Shown: one piece after another, positions 1 through 11,389 of the stretch | Layout: each line of letters begins with the position of its first letter | Numbering within the stretch: the first letter of the stretch is position 1 | Assembly (NCBI RefSeq): GCF_001194135.2 | Contig: NC_068988.1 | Span: forward strand, 15,718,111 to 15,771,067 | Length of the DNA stretch: 52,957 bases | Source of the DNA: Octopus bimaculoides | Taxonomy: Eukaryota | Reading direction: 5' to 3' | Notes under the pieces: model-generated | What the model saw: only the letters and a program-made list of their open reading frames with translations | Databases searched by the model: none | What the model was told of the DNA's origin: nothing | Program-made: the position numbers and the translations under genes

Positions 1-228
1 ATTCTCTCTCCTACACTGTCTTGCAACACGAAATACCTCGAGTCTTTGGTCCTCACGGCGCAGAACATTGGCAAATCTTTCCTTATCTGCTTCCCCTCTG
101 GCTAAATAAACCTGTCGCCTAGCCTCCCTTCTGGCACATTGGTACAATTCCCTGCTACCACCGTTCTTCCAGTCCTTCCAAGCCTGTTTCTTTTGTCTAA
201 TAGCCCTGTCTACCTCCTTGTTCCACCA
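1..228 (-). mobile_element. RTE-clade LINE ORF2 fragment (linker between endonuclease and RT), 5'-truncated, runs off the window edge
   Basis: 76 stop-free codons: WWNKEVDRAIRQKKQAWKDWKNGGSRELYQCARREARRQVYLARGEADKERFANVLRREDQRLEVFRVARQCRREN. This fits the WWN.EV..AI..K..A...W pattern of RTE ORF2 (recognised from memory). Confidence 0.75.
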
Positions 229-232
229 CCAC

Positions 233-272
<40 letters not shown>

Positions 273-282
273 GTTGTTATTT

Positions 283-496
283 AAGGTGGAGAGCTAGCAG
301 AATCATTAGCACACTAGGCGAGATGCTTAGCGGTATTTTGTCTGCTGCTACGTTTTGAGTTCAAATTTTGCTGAGGATGACTTTGCCTTCCATCCTTTCG
401 GGGTCGATAAATCAAGTACCAGTTACATACTGAGGTCAATGTAATTGACTTAATCCCTTCCCCCAAATTTGAAGCCTTGTGCTTCCCATAGAAAGG
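283..496 (+). mobile_element. SINE-like family 3 (central motif gtcgactttgcctttcatcctttcggggtcgataaattaagtaccag), representative copy
   Basis: The same ~210-bp unit recurs at about 6790, 9565(-), 13379, 22885(-), 23111(-), 23376(-), 27660, 31800, 36580(-), 39053(-), 44255, 45355, 45675 and 49930. It has a B-box-like GAGTTCAAATTC and usually sits beside (TAA)n. Confidence 0.75.
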
Positions 497-1031
497 ATTA
501 TTATTATCATTATTATTATTATTATTATTATCATCATCATTAAGGCATTGAGCTGGCAGAATCATTGGGATGTCAAACAAAGTGCTTACTGACATTTCTT
601 CTGGCTCTTTTACTCCTTGTAAAAAGTTGACTTTGTCTTTTGTCCTTTTGGCATTGATAAAGTAAGTACCAGTTGAGCACGGAGACTGATATAATTGACT
701 TAACATGTCTCTTCAAAATTGCTGGCCTTGTGCCAAAATTTGAAAGAATCATTATTATTATTATCAGATTTTCTTTTTTTTCAATTTTGTTTCCATTTCT
801 TGCCGAGTGTCTTCTTGACACCAAGGACAAAGAAAGTCTTTCATAAATATCATCATCATCATCATCGTATAACGTCCGCTTTCCATGCTAGCATGGGTTG
901 GACGATTTGACTGAGTACTGGTGAAACCAGATGGCTACACCAGGCTCCAATCTAATTTGGCAGAGTTTCTACAGCTGGATGCCCTTCCTAACGCCCCTTG
1001 AAAATTGCTAGTTTTGAGCCTAAATCAGAAA

Positions 1032-1230
1032 CATCATCATCATCATCATCATCGTTTAACGTCCGCTTTCCATGCTAGCATGGGTTGGACGATTTGACTG
1101 AGGACTGGTGAAACCGGATGGCAACACCAGGCTCCAATCTAATTTGGCAGAGTTTCTACAGCTGGATGCCCTTCCTAACGCCAACCACTCAGAGAGTGTA
1201 GTGGGTGCTTTTACGTGTCACCCGCACGAA
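1032..1230 (-). mobile_element. (GAT)n-tailed SINE or LINE-3'-end family 2, representative young copy
   Basis: Core tggatgcccttcctaacgccaaccac; on its sense strand it ends ...ggacgttaaacgatgatgat. Further copies at about 850, 11350, 20540(+), 29640(+), 48805, 50320 and 52510(+), plus many diverged ones. The partner LINE clade (possibly RTE) is inferred, not shown. Confidence 0.8.
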
Positions 1231-1231
1231 C

Positions 1232-1264
<33 letters not shown>

Positions 1265-1801
1265 GGTGGTGAGCTGGCAGAATCGTTAGCACACCAGGTG
1301 AAATGCTTAGCAGTATTTCGTCAGCACATGACCTTGCAGTCGGTCTTAGTGAGAATTTTCTTCAGGTTAAGTAGCCCACCCTGCTCAAAAGGTCCTTGAA
1401 TAAGGCTTGCTTAAGGATGATGAATGAAGCACTTGTGTTTCCAGAGGTGAATTATTCAAACCCCAAAGAAAACCTCTCAACACATTGCTATGATGTTCCT
1501 CCACTACTTCTGCTTGTGATCATAAATGCATTTATTGTCAGCCTGTAAGGGACATGCTCAACTGGTTAAAGTCAAGCAATTGACAAGCAAATCAGTGGTA
1601 TTGAGCAGAATATTTGCTGTAGCCCATCTTTTATACCAAGACAAAAGAAGTACATGATAAGACTGCCAATCAGTTAAGATCAAAAACGTTGAGAGCCACT
1701 TTATTACCATTATGAAAGCAACTACTACATTTATGAGTAATAAAATGACTCGCCATGTTTCTTCATTCATACATACATACATACATACATACATACATAC
1801 A

Positions 1802-2184
1802 TTGTTGGCACTCCGACGCTTACGACGACGAGGGTTCCAGTTGATTCGATCAACAGAACAGCCTGCTTGTGAAATTAACGTGCAAGTGGCTGAGCACTCC
1901 ACAGACACGTGTACCCTTAACGTAGTTCTCGGGGATATTCAGCGTGACACAGTGTGACAAGGCTGGCCCTTTGAATTACAAGTACAACAGAAACAGAAAG
2001 TAAGAGCGAGAGAAAGTTGTGGTGAAAGAGTACAGCAGGGTTCACCACCACCCCCTGCCGGAGCCTCGTGGAGCTTTAGGTGTTTTCACTCAATAAACAC
2101 TCACAACGCCTGGTCAGGGAATCGAAACTGTGATCTTATGACTGCAAGTCCGCTGCCCTAACCACTGGGCCATTGAGCCTCCAC
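1802..2184 (-). mobile_element. tRNA-derived SINE family 1, full-length copy inside an (ATAC)n microsatellite
   Basis: Head gtggaggc(g/t)caatggcccagtgg (A box), B box GTTTCGATTCC and a (CAA)n tail; near-identical to five other copies. Confidence 0.9.
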
Positions 2185-2252
2185 ATACATACATACATAC
2201 ATGCATACATACATACATACATACATACATACATACATACATAGACATACAT

Positions 2253-2284
<32 letters not shown>

Positions 2285-2587
2285 TTATATATATATGTAT
2301 GTATATACCCTCTTCAAAATATCCAAGATGCCGTATTGTCTGAAAATACTAGCAAATATCTCAGTATTCAGAACCATTTGATGCTAGCTTAACAAAATTG
2401 ATTTAATAACATAAATGTCTTGCTGTTCATAAGCAAAAACCGTTCAGTTGAAAACCCGACAAATCCAAATTTTGCAAATTTAAATTCAGTGAAAAATGTT
2501 AAAATTTTGACACTTGTTGAAAACAATTAGAAAGAAAAAAAATTAAATAAAAAAGTGACAAGTAATCAATGGTGTATATTGACTTAC

Positions 2588-2744
2588 GTATTGATTATCT
2601 CGAACAAAGATCGTATATATTGGCCCATCAACACCATGAATAAATCAGTGTTGTCTGAATGGTATTGTTTCAATAATGTGATCACCCCAACAATAAACGG
2701 TGGGGCATCTAGGGGGTCAGCTGTCTTTTTACAAATTATAGTTC
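2588..2744 (-). CDS. WASHC5: WASHC5 coding exon U (most 3' exon in window)
   Basis: ttccag|(G)TIICKKTADPLDAPPFIVGVITLLKQYHSDNTDLFMVLMGQYIRSLFEIIN+AC|gtaagt; 157 nt, phase 1-2. No further strumpellin exon or stop found in 1-2587. Confidence 0.95.
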
Positions 2745-3270
2745 CTGGAAATATATAAAAAAAAAAAAAATAGATAAAAGGGAAAATGTAGGGAAAACAT
2801 GTTAAAATGAGAACTAAGCATCAACATGCAGAGCCTTATGAAGGAGATGACAAAAGAGTGAAATATGTGGTGCCCACCACAACAGAATTGAAATCCTAAA
2901 GCCAAGATGCTTCGTAAAAAGCACTGGTGTGGGTGCTGGTGTCATGTAAAAAGTACTGGTGATAGTGCCATGTAAAAAGTAGGCAGTATACTCTGTAAAG
3001 TGGTTGGCATTAGGAAGGGTGTCCAGCAATAGAAGCCAAGTCAAGAAAGACTATGGAACCTGGTGAGACCCTTGGCCTTGCCAGTTCCTGTGAAGCTGTC
3101 TAACCTATGCCAGCATGGAAAGTGGATGACATTAAATGTTGATGATTATGATAATGAGAAACTAATAAGCAATGAGATTTAAACTACCCATCATTCAAAG
3201 AAATTTCTGAGAGTATCATTTTTACATTATTTACATTTGATGGATATTTGTCCTCATCTTGTTTGTTGTT

Positions 3271-3313
3271 AACACGTTTCGGCTGATATATCCTCCAGCC
3301 TTCTTCAGGTGTC
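3271..3313 (-). ncRNA. Type I minimal hammerhead ribozyme-like motif (degenerate copy)
   Basis: GACAC-CUGAAGA-A-GGCUG(gaggauauau)CAGCC-GAAAC-GUGUU. The core CUGANGA and GAAA are intact, but about 3 nt are missing at the cleavage site relative to the other arm. Confidence 0.6.
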
Positions 3314-3372
3314 TTGGGGAAATTTCGAACCTGGGTTCTCATTCCTAAGTATTTTTTTGGATGTTGTTGTTG

Positions 3373-3414
<42 letters not shown>

Positions 3415-3549
3415 TCACTGCCTGGAATCGAACTTGGAATCTTGGGGTTAGTAGCCTGTGCTCTTAACCACTATGCCATATGCCCGTGGGCATATGGCGT
3501 AGTGGTTAAATGCCTTAGGAATGAGAACCCAGGTTCGAAATTTCTCCAA

Positions 3550-3595
3550 GAGACCTGATGAAGGCTGGAGGGTATATCAGCCAAAACGTTGAGTT
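3550..3595 (+). ncRNA. Type I minimal hammerhead ribozyme-like motif (degenerate copy)
   Basis: GAGAC-CUGAUGA-A-GGCUG(gaggguauau)CAGCC-AAAAC-GUU-GAGUU. CUGAUGA, stem II and a GUU triplet are intact; G12 reads A and stem I is mismatched. Confidence 0.55.
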
Positions 3596-6064
3596 AACAA
3601 CAAACAAGATGAGGACAAATATCCATCTAATGTAAATAATGTACAAAATTCCTCATCTCTTAAATATAGAACTGGAGTATCATTTTGTTCTTATATTGAA
3701 CATGTGTAACTAGGAGGACACTGTTTCCATGGTCCTAGACTAGGATGAAGAATGACGTATCAAGACAATGGATTTCAACTAAATATTTCCTGACTGGATA
3801 ACTGTAGGCCAGTGAGGGCTGGAAAAGAAGTAGAGAGAAGCACAGGCCTGGCTGTGTGGTAAGAAGTTCGCTTCCCAACAACATGGTTCCAAGTTCAGTC
3901 CCACAACATAGCCCCTTGGACAAGTATTTTCTATTATAACCCCATGTTGATCAAAGCTTTGTTAGATAGAAACTGAATGAAGCTTATTGTGTGGGTGTGT
4001 GTATAACTGGCTTATGTATGTGTGTATGTATGTATGTATGTATGTATGTATGTATGTATGTATGTATATCTGAGTTTGTCCCTCTCACTACGCTTGGCAA
4101 TTAGTGTTGCTTTGTTTACTAAACCCTTGAAGGAAGTGCTCCAGCATGATTGCTGTCCAGTGACTAAAACAAGTAAAAGATAAAAGAAGATACTCAACAG
4201 CAACAATAGCATGTGGTGCATAAGCAGCGAGAAACAGCAGCTAAATTCCCTCAAATCTTATCCTACTGTCTTAAAATAGGAAATAGATGCTGGAAAATAT
4301 AGTCCTGGGTACATAAAAAAAGTGGGGATAGTCAAGATTATAAGTTTGCTCCATCAGGGTACACCTAGGGTTAAGCAACAGTATCAGCCTGAAAACTCTG
4401 CAACAAATTAATGGATTGTTCACCAGCACAAGAATAACAATTTATATATTTGAATTGTCGTAGATAAATTATTTTCAAAGAAATTAACAGGTTTAGGTTT
4501 ATTAACTCCCTTGTTTCTCTTTATCAATTTTCTGATTATCTTCATGGATCCAATTCCTACATATAAAACACAAATCACTTGACCTTCAAGAAATACGAAG
4601 GAAATCTAACTCAAGTTGCACCTTAATCTCTTAAACGAAGAAAGGACACATCATATGTATTCTTTGAGATAACCCTTTAGAAAATGGGATTATTACAATT
4701 AGAAAGCTTTTGATTGTAGGTCTGCTTAATCAAGGCTGAGCCAAGGCTATACAACAACTGTTATTTTAACTGCTGTTATCTAAGTTATAACATAAGCTAA
4801 CATATGAACATTATCAGGGTATGTTGTAAGAGTAGTTCACTTGAAGAGATGAACAAAACACACCTTGTTACATGCATAGGTCTACTAAGCCAGTGTTGAG
4901 CAAGACCTGAAAAGCACCTGTCTTGAATTGTAACATGATTCCGTAAGTTCTACAAAGTATATTTAAATGTAAGAATGGTTCACCTGAAGATCATCAAAAA
5001 ATGAACTAGTTGAAATGTGGGGAATAAAAAAAAATACACAAAAGATAAACTTAAAATTGTAGAGTCCCAAATCCAAAGTTCAGTTTATTATGTCAAGTAC
5101 CACCACAATTCTTAAAAGAAATCAAACAGTATAGGGATGAAGTACCAAGCTGCCATTAGCCGTGAATTATCTACCTTTGATCATTCTGTGGCAAAAATTT
5201 TGCTCTAAAGCAGGCATGGATAACCTGTTCCAAGGAGTGGGCTGTACAAGACATGACCCAAACTCAAGCAGTTTGCGCAATAATAAAAACAAAATCTATG
5301 ATAATTTGTCATTAGGAATGCCAGTCAAGAAGACCTGCAAGATGCAGTTTGTCCACAACTGCTTTAAGGTGAGGAATTTCAAATAGTATTTTCCTCTCTC
5401 TGCCTATCTGATCTACTGTAGTGGCTTCTGTTCTTTGGGTCTAGTTAGGCTCAAGCCAACTCTATTCAAGCATTTCTATCCTACTTGTCTCTCTTCTCCC
5501 TCATCCTCCCCATTATTTTCAACCCTTCTTCCTCACCTCCTAATCTCTATTCTAAGTCCTTACTTGCCAGTATATTTGCCCTCAGGAATTCCCCCTTACC
5601 CATATAATTTCTGTTGTCGTTGACTTAGGAAGGTTCAAGAGGAAGATCAATAGTATCGATTTCACTTGTCTAAGAGAGCCTCTTCCTCCAGATCCAGCAA
5701 AAAATCTCCCCACAAAAAATAAATAAATAAAACAAAACAAATGCTACTGCTAATTAGAGTTAAGACTGCCTGCTTTATTGGTAAGTTACAATTCTTCAAC
5801 ACTCAAAAGTTACTTGAATAATTCAGTTTCTTCTATTAATATAACACTTAATACTTCTTAGCAGTATTCAAACTCTATAGCAGGAGTTCACAAAAAAGGA
5901 AAATACAGGCGAATTTCATGCGCAAAATTACAAAAACCTTCACATCCAAAGTTACAATCTAGTGGGTGCACACTATCCAGGAAGTTAAGAAAAACTGTTT
6001 TAAATTAAAATTTTTCTTCTGGAAATCCCACCCACCACCAAAACCATTGATTATGTTGTTATAT

Positions 6065-6447
6065 TGTTGGCACTCCATCGCTTACGACGTCGAGGGTTCC
6101 AGTTGATCCGATCAACAGAACAGCCTGCTCGTGAAATTAACGTGCAAGTGGCTGAGCACTCCACAGACACGTGTACCCTTAACATAGTTCTCAGGGATAT
6201 TCAGCATGACACAGTGTGACAAGGCTGACCCTTTGAAATACAGGTACAACAGAAACAGGAAGTAAGGGTGAGAGAAAGTTGTGGTGAAAGAGTACAGCAG
6301 GGTTCGCCACCATCCCCTGCCGGAGCCTCGTGGGGCTTTAGGTGTTTTCGCTCAATAAACACTCACAACACCCGGTCTGGGAATCGAAACCGCGATCCTA
6401 TGACCGCGAGTCCGCTGCCCTAACCACTGGGCCAATTGCGCCTCCAC
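6065..6447 (-). mobile_element. tRNA-derived SINE family 1, full-length
   Basis: 13-bp target-site duplication TATGTTGTTATAT at 6052-6064 and 6448-6460. Confidence 0.92.
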
Positions 6448-6584
6448 TATGTTGTTATATATATATCAAACTTTTTAGTAACAATATTATTTCACGCTAT
6501 AATTATCTCCCATTAATGATGCAGTCATCTCGCCAAAAATCAAGTTTTTTTTTTCTGTTAAATATAAAAAACGGGTTAACTTAC

Positions 6585-6681
6585 CTACTGATTTATTGTA
6601 GGTGAGTTTTGGAAGATGGGATATGACCAAAAGGAAGGTGAACAGGGGGAAACAAGTGACTCGTTTTGTTGTAATATAAAT
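6585..6681 (-). CDS. WASHC5: WASHC5 coding exon T
   Basis: ttacag|IYITTKRVTCFPLFTFLLVISHLPKLTYNKSV+G|gtaagt; 97 nt, phase 0-1. Confidence 0.95.
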
Positions 6682-7129
6682 CTGTAAAGAAAAAAAAAAT
6701 ATTAGGAATATTTTCTTGTGTTACTACAAGAGAGATGGATGAGGGTATACTGTGAAAACGTGACAATATTAGGGTGAGGTAGAGTGGCAAGCAGACAGAA
6801 TCATTAGCATGTTGCCTTTATGTTCTGAGTTCAAATGCCAACAGGGCCAATTTTGCCTTTCGTCCTTTTGGGATCAATAAAATATGTACCAGTTGAGCAC
6901 TGGGGCCAATCTAATCAACTTAACCCCTCCTCTGAAATTTCTGGCCTTGTGCAAAACTTTGAAACCCATATTAGGGTGAGTGGAGGCTTACACTGAAATT
7001 GGACAAAAAACAAAAAAACAAACGAAAGTGATGGTATTTACCTGTACACATGTGTGACAGTGTCTCAGAGATTAGGATTGTCTGTCAACATGCTACCTTG
7101 CAAGGAACTAAAAGAGCCTTCACATAGAT

Positions 7130-7176
<47 letters not shown>

Positions 7177-7700
7177 GTAGGCCCATTCATGCACACACAG
7201 TGGGCCCATGACCACCACCCTCTAAAAACAGAAATAATTGCTAATTTAGGTATAGTGATGACACATTTTTGCCAAGTGTACATTTGTTCAAATTAGATAC
7301 TAAACATTCAACTGGTATTATATTTCTGAGTCAATAATGGAGTATCTATGCAGTTGCTCATTCTGCTAGAAATAATAAGCAAGTTACGGTTAACCATTTT
7401 AAACAAAGAAGAACCCATTAAGCAATATAGTTTGATACACAAAAAAGATTTGGTAGTCATGACAAGAGCACCTTTACTTACAGGTCTGTTTGATCAGGGC
7501 AGACCTGGGGCTAAAAAATAGCAACAACAACAACAACAGCAACAGCAAATACTCTATTTTACAGGATGAAAGACAAAGTTGATCTTGGTAGGATCTGAAC
7601 TCAGAAAGTAAAGGGCGGGAACTAAATATTGCAATGAAATTAGTCTGGCTCTCTATTACTTCAGCCACTACAAGAGAAATAACTTAACAACAATACAAAT

Positions 7701-8290
7701 AACAGGTGTGGACTATGTCAACACACTGAAATATACCAGGTGTGGACTATGTCAGCACACTGAAATATACCAGGTGTGGACTATGTCAGCACACTGAAAT
7801 ATACCAGGTGTGGATTATGTCAACACACTGAAATATACCAGGTGTGGACTATGTCAGCACACTGAAATATACCAGGTGTGGACTATGTCAACACACTGAA
7901 ATATACCAGGTGTGGACTATGTCAACACACTGAAATATACCAGGTGTGGACTATGTCAACACACTGAAATATATNNNNNNNNNNACCAGGTGTGGACTAT
8001 GTCAACACACTGAAATATACCAGGAGTGGACTATGTCAACACACTGAAATATACCAGGTGTGGACTATGTCAGCACACTGAAATATACCAGGTGTGGACT
8101 ATGTCAACAAACTGAAATATACCAGGTGTGGACTATGTCAACACACTGAAATATACCAGGTGTGGACTATGTCAGCACACTGAAATATACCAGGTGTGGA
8201 CTATGTCAACACACTGAAATATACCAGGTGTGGACTATGTCAACACACTGAAATATACCAGGTGTGGACTATGTCAACACACTGAAATAT
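7701..8290. repeat. 34-bp minisatellite (ACCAGGTGTGGACTATGTCAACACACTGAAATAT)n, 17 visible units
   Basis: 8 units at 7701-7972, a 10-N gap at 7975-7984, then 9 units at 7985-8290; only single-base variants, no spacers. Confidence 0.95.
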
Positions 8291-8424
8291 ATAGGGAGGT
8301 TGATATGATTAAGGCAGAAACTCAGGATGGTCATAGTCTAATGAGAGAAATCAAAATAAGAATTTAAAAAAAAAACAGTTGTTTGCTAAATATGAAGTGT
8401 ATAAAGAAATGCAAAGATTCTTAC

Positions 8425-8554
8425 CTTCAACAGAGGATTATGGTTGCCAGCAGCTTCAAGATATGATGATAGCTGGTACATAAGAGGGTTTTCTTCATCA
8501 GGATAAGGCAATGATGGATCTTGATAGTGTCTTTGAATATCTGCTAGCAATGCA
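8425..8554 (-). CDS. WASHC5: WASHC5 coding exon S
   Basis: atacag|(N)[43 protein letters not shown]|gtaaga; 130 nt, phase 2-0. Confidence 0.96.
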
Positions 8555-9401
8555 CTGTATGGAAGAACAACGAGGAAGAGATTTAACAACAGAACTTACA
8601 CAGATTCATATATTTGGATGTTTCATCACATACAAAAGCATTTGGTTATTAACTGGAGTCACATCAACACTGGCACAATTTTACATTCACTTTCTGTTCT
8701 GGCATGGGTAGGATGGGTCATCATAGCCTACTTGGCTTTTATTTGGAGTTACTTCCCTCCTAGATAAGATCACAAGCTGTTTGCAAATTTCATTTTTGGT
8801 TTGGTTTCTACACCCAGATACCCATACAGTCACCAATCACATTACAGAACATACTGGGTACATTTTATCATGGCATCAGCACTAGAGAGAGATTCCAAGT
8901 TCTCAACAAGGTTAAAGAGTTCTTTCAACCCTATGTTGACTCTGCTTTGCCAAATACTTTAAAAGGCCTAACTCAAGCATGACCCTTCATAACTTTTCTC
9001 CAAGTTATACTCTCAAATGGATTTAAGTTCAACACAACAAAGCTTATAATGCATAATACAATTATTAGTTTGCAGATTAACATGATAAGCTTTGCATTCT
9101 AAGCCAAGCAAAATCTGCAGTTTAGATAGAAAAATTCCCCCCTCCTGGGGTTAAAATGAAACAGTCTTAAAAGTTGTGCTGGTTTTAGACAAAAGCTAAA
9201 CAAGTTACATTTTGGACACAATCCACAGGGATCTCAAAATAATTAAAATACACATATACATTCAATTTTTGTGTAACTTTCTGGTGTGATTTGGATGTCT
9301 CCAAGCTTTTTATAGCTTAAGTCTTCACCAAGTCTAAATATGGTACAGTATAAAAGTAAGATGTTGTAATAAAAATTATTTGTGGAAGAAGTGACACTTA
9401 C

Positions 9402-9505
9402 TTGTTCATAGTTTGTAAAGCACTGGCTAAAATCTTGGAGTCAAACTTACAGGAATTATTCAACTCATTTGCTATTTGTCTCCGTAAGAGTTGCATTTGT
9501 CCAAC
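9402..9505 (-). CDS. WASHC5: WASHC5 coding exon R
   Basis: ctttag|[34 protein letters not shown]+AA|gtaagt; 104 nt, phase 0-2. Confidence 0.95.
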
Positions 9506-11347
9506 CTAAAGAAAATCAAGTAAACAATAATAATAATAATAATGAAGATGCTGATGATGGCCAAAAGTTTTTACACAAGGCCAGCAATTTTTGAGAGAAG
9601 GGAGCATATTGATGACATTGACCCCCAGTACTTGATTAGTACATTATTTATTGACCCTGCAGAGGAGAAAGGCAAAGTTGACCTCAGTGGGATTTGAACT
9701 CAGAATGTAAAGAGTCAGGTAAGACATTTTTCTTCTGCTCTAACAGTTCTGCCAAATAGCAATGATGATGATAATGATTTCCAATATAGACACAATGCCA
9801 ATAATTTTGAGGGGTGGGCATAAGTCTATAAATCAATCCCAGTATTTAACTGGTACATTGCTTTATCATCCTCAGAGAAATGGAAGGCAAAAACTGACCT
9901 CAGAAAGCAAAGGAACAGGGGGACATAACCAAATACCATAAGAGAAATAGCATTAGTCTCTTACACAGGAACAGATCCACAAATTTGGGAATGGGTATAG
10001 ATGATAAGATCAACCTCAGTACCAGATAGGTACCTTATTTTGTTGACTCTGGAAGGACAAAAGGTAAAGCTGACTTCAGTGGCATTTGAAATCAAAATGT
10101 AGAGGGCTGCAACTAAATACTGCAATCAATTCTGCTATTCTGACAACCTTATGCAAATAAATAATAGTAATAAGGAAATAATAATGACATGTAATAATTT
10201 ATTACACAGGTAGAAGGGGAAGAGAGTAACCAACTGAATCAATAATGAGTTAATTTATGAAAGCCAAAGGGATAGCAATAACTGACATTGATGTAGATTT
10301 TGATCCAATATAAACCTGGTACTTATTCAACCGTTCTTGAGAGACTTGAGATCAGAAAACTGAGAGAGACAGTGAAATACATTTAACCTCTAGGAGATCT
10401 ATTTTTTTGGCACCATCTCCTCTACACAATAATTATTTGTAATATATCCCTCTAGGCTTCAGAAGGCAGCTATGTATCTCATATACAGAACACAAGACAG
10501 TTTTATTAGACAGTGAATCACAAAATACGTTACTAAGCTGGAACTATTCCTTGCTACAGTAAAATGTTGAAAGTTTGGCTGCCATAATTCCCTATCTAAA
10601 GTCATTCCTCAGGACACAATTGAAGAAAACCCAACAACAAGGACTAGACAGGCCTAAACACTAACCCTTCTGTATCTGATGTAAGACGTATGTTGGTGGT
10701 AACTGCTGTCAGGTTATTTAGAATGACACCACAACTAGCTGTGCTAATAATGGGATGATGACGATGACTCAACTTTAAATACTAACATGGGTGGGGTTTT
10801 GTATTTAAAATTTGTACATTTGTATGCTATTAAAGCTAGATGTTCTTCCTATAGTCAACCACTAAACTGAATTTAATACTAGAACCTAGCTTTAGTCAAG
10901 CAGAGTTATGTACCTTGACTAAGGGTTATAATGACTTCTGTAGGATTCGAAATCAGTAATGGTCTAACAGCTCCACAGACATACTAACGATATTTTGGTC
11001 AATATTATTATTGTTTTAGCATTCATTTTTTTACCCTTGTTGGCAAGGGTGAGATGAAGTTTTTAGTAGTAGTAGTAGCATGCTGTGGCTACTGCCACTA
11101 CCAATGTCTAACACCCCCTTTTCCATGGTTGCATGGGTGAGCTGGAGTTTATTGTGGCAATTTTTCTAGGGCTGGATACCCTTCCTATCACAAGCCTTCA
11201 CCTGTTTCCAAGTAAGCTAATACTTCCTCATGGCCAGGTATGCTCTCACAGAATAGTAGAAATGAATGAGACACTGCTTGTATGATGAAACAATCATTTA
11301 CAACTATTATCTGATGTCAAGACAAGGAGACACAACCACTCATATAT

Positions 11348-11389
<42 letters not shown>

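Larger units (their letters stand above)
3223..3674. mobile_element. Head-to-head foldback element with tRNA-like head and Penelope-type hammerhead-like motif in each arm
   Basis: Inverted arms 3223-3349 and 3514-3643; central 22-bp hairpin 3464-3485/3488-3509; 12-bp direct repeat GAGTATCATTTT at 3211-3222 and 3675-3686. Confidence 0.8.

Noticed and set aside
5590-5690. Possible CR1/Jockey-type LINE C-terminus (VVDLGRFKRKINSIDF)
   Set aside because: Too short and degenerate to support without a profile search.
7701-8290. CRISPR-like array (34-bp repeats)
   Set aside because: Units are head-to-tail with no unique spacers, there are no cas genes, and the context is a eukaryotic intron.
8511-8711. 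Plus-strand ORFs overlapping WASHC5 exons (8511, 16118, 19684, 34100, 2555) as antisense genes
   Set aside because: Open antisense frames are a common shadow of coding exons; none has recognisable motifs or its own exon chain.
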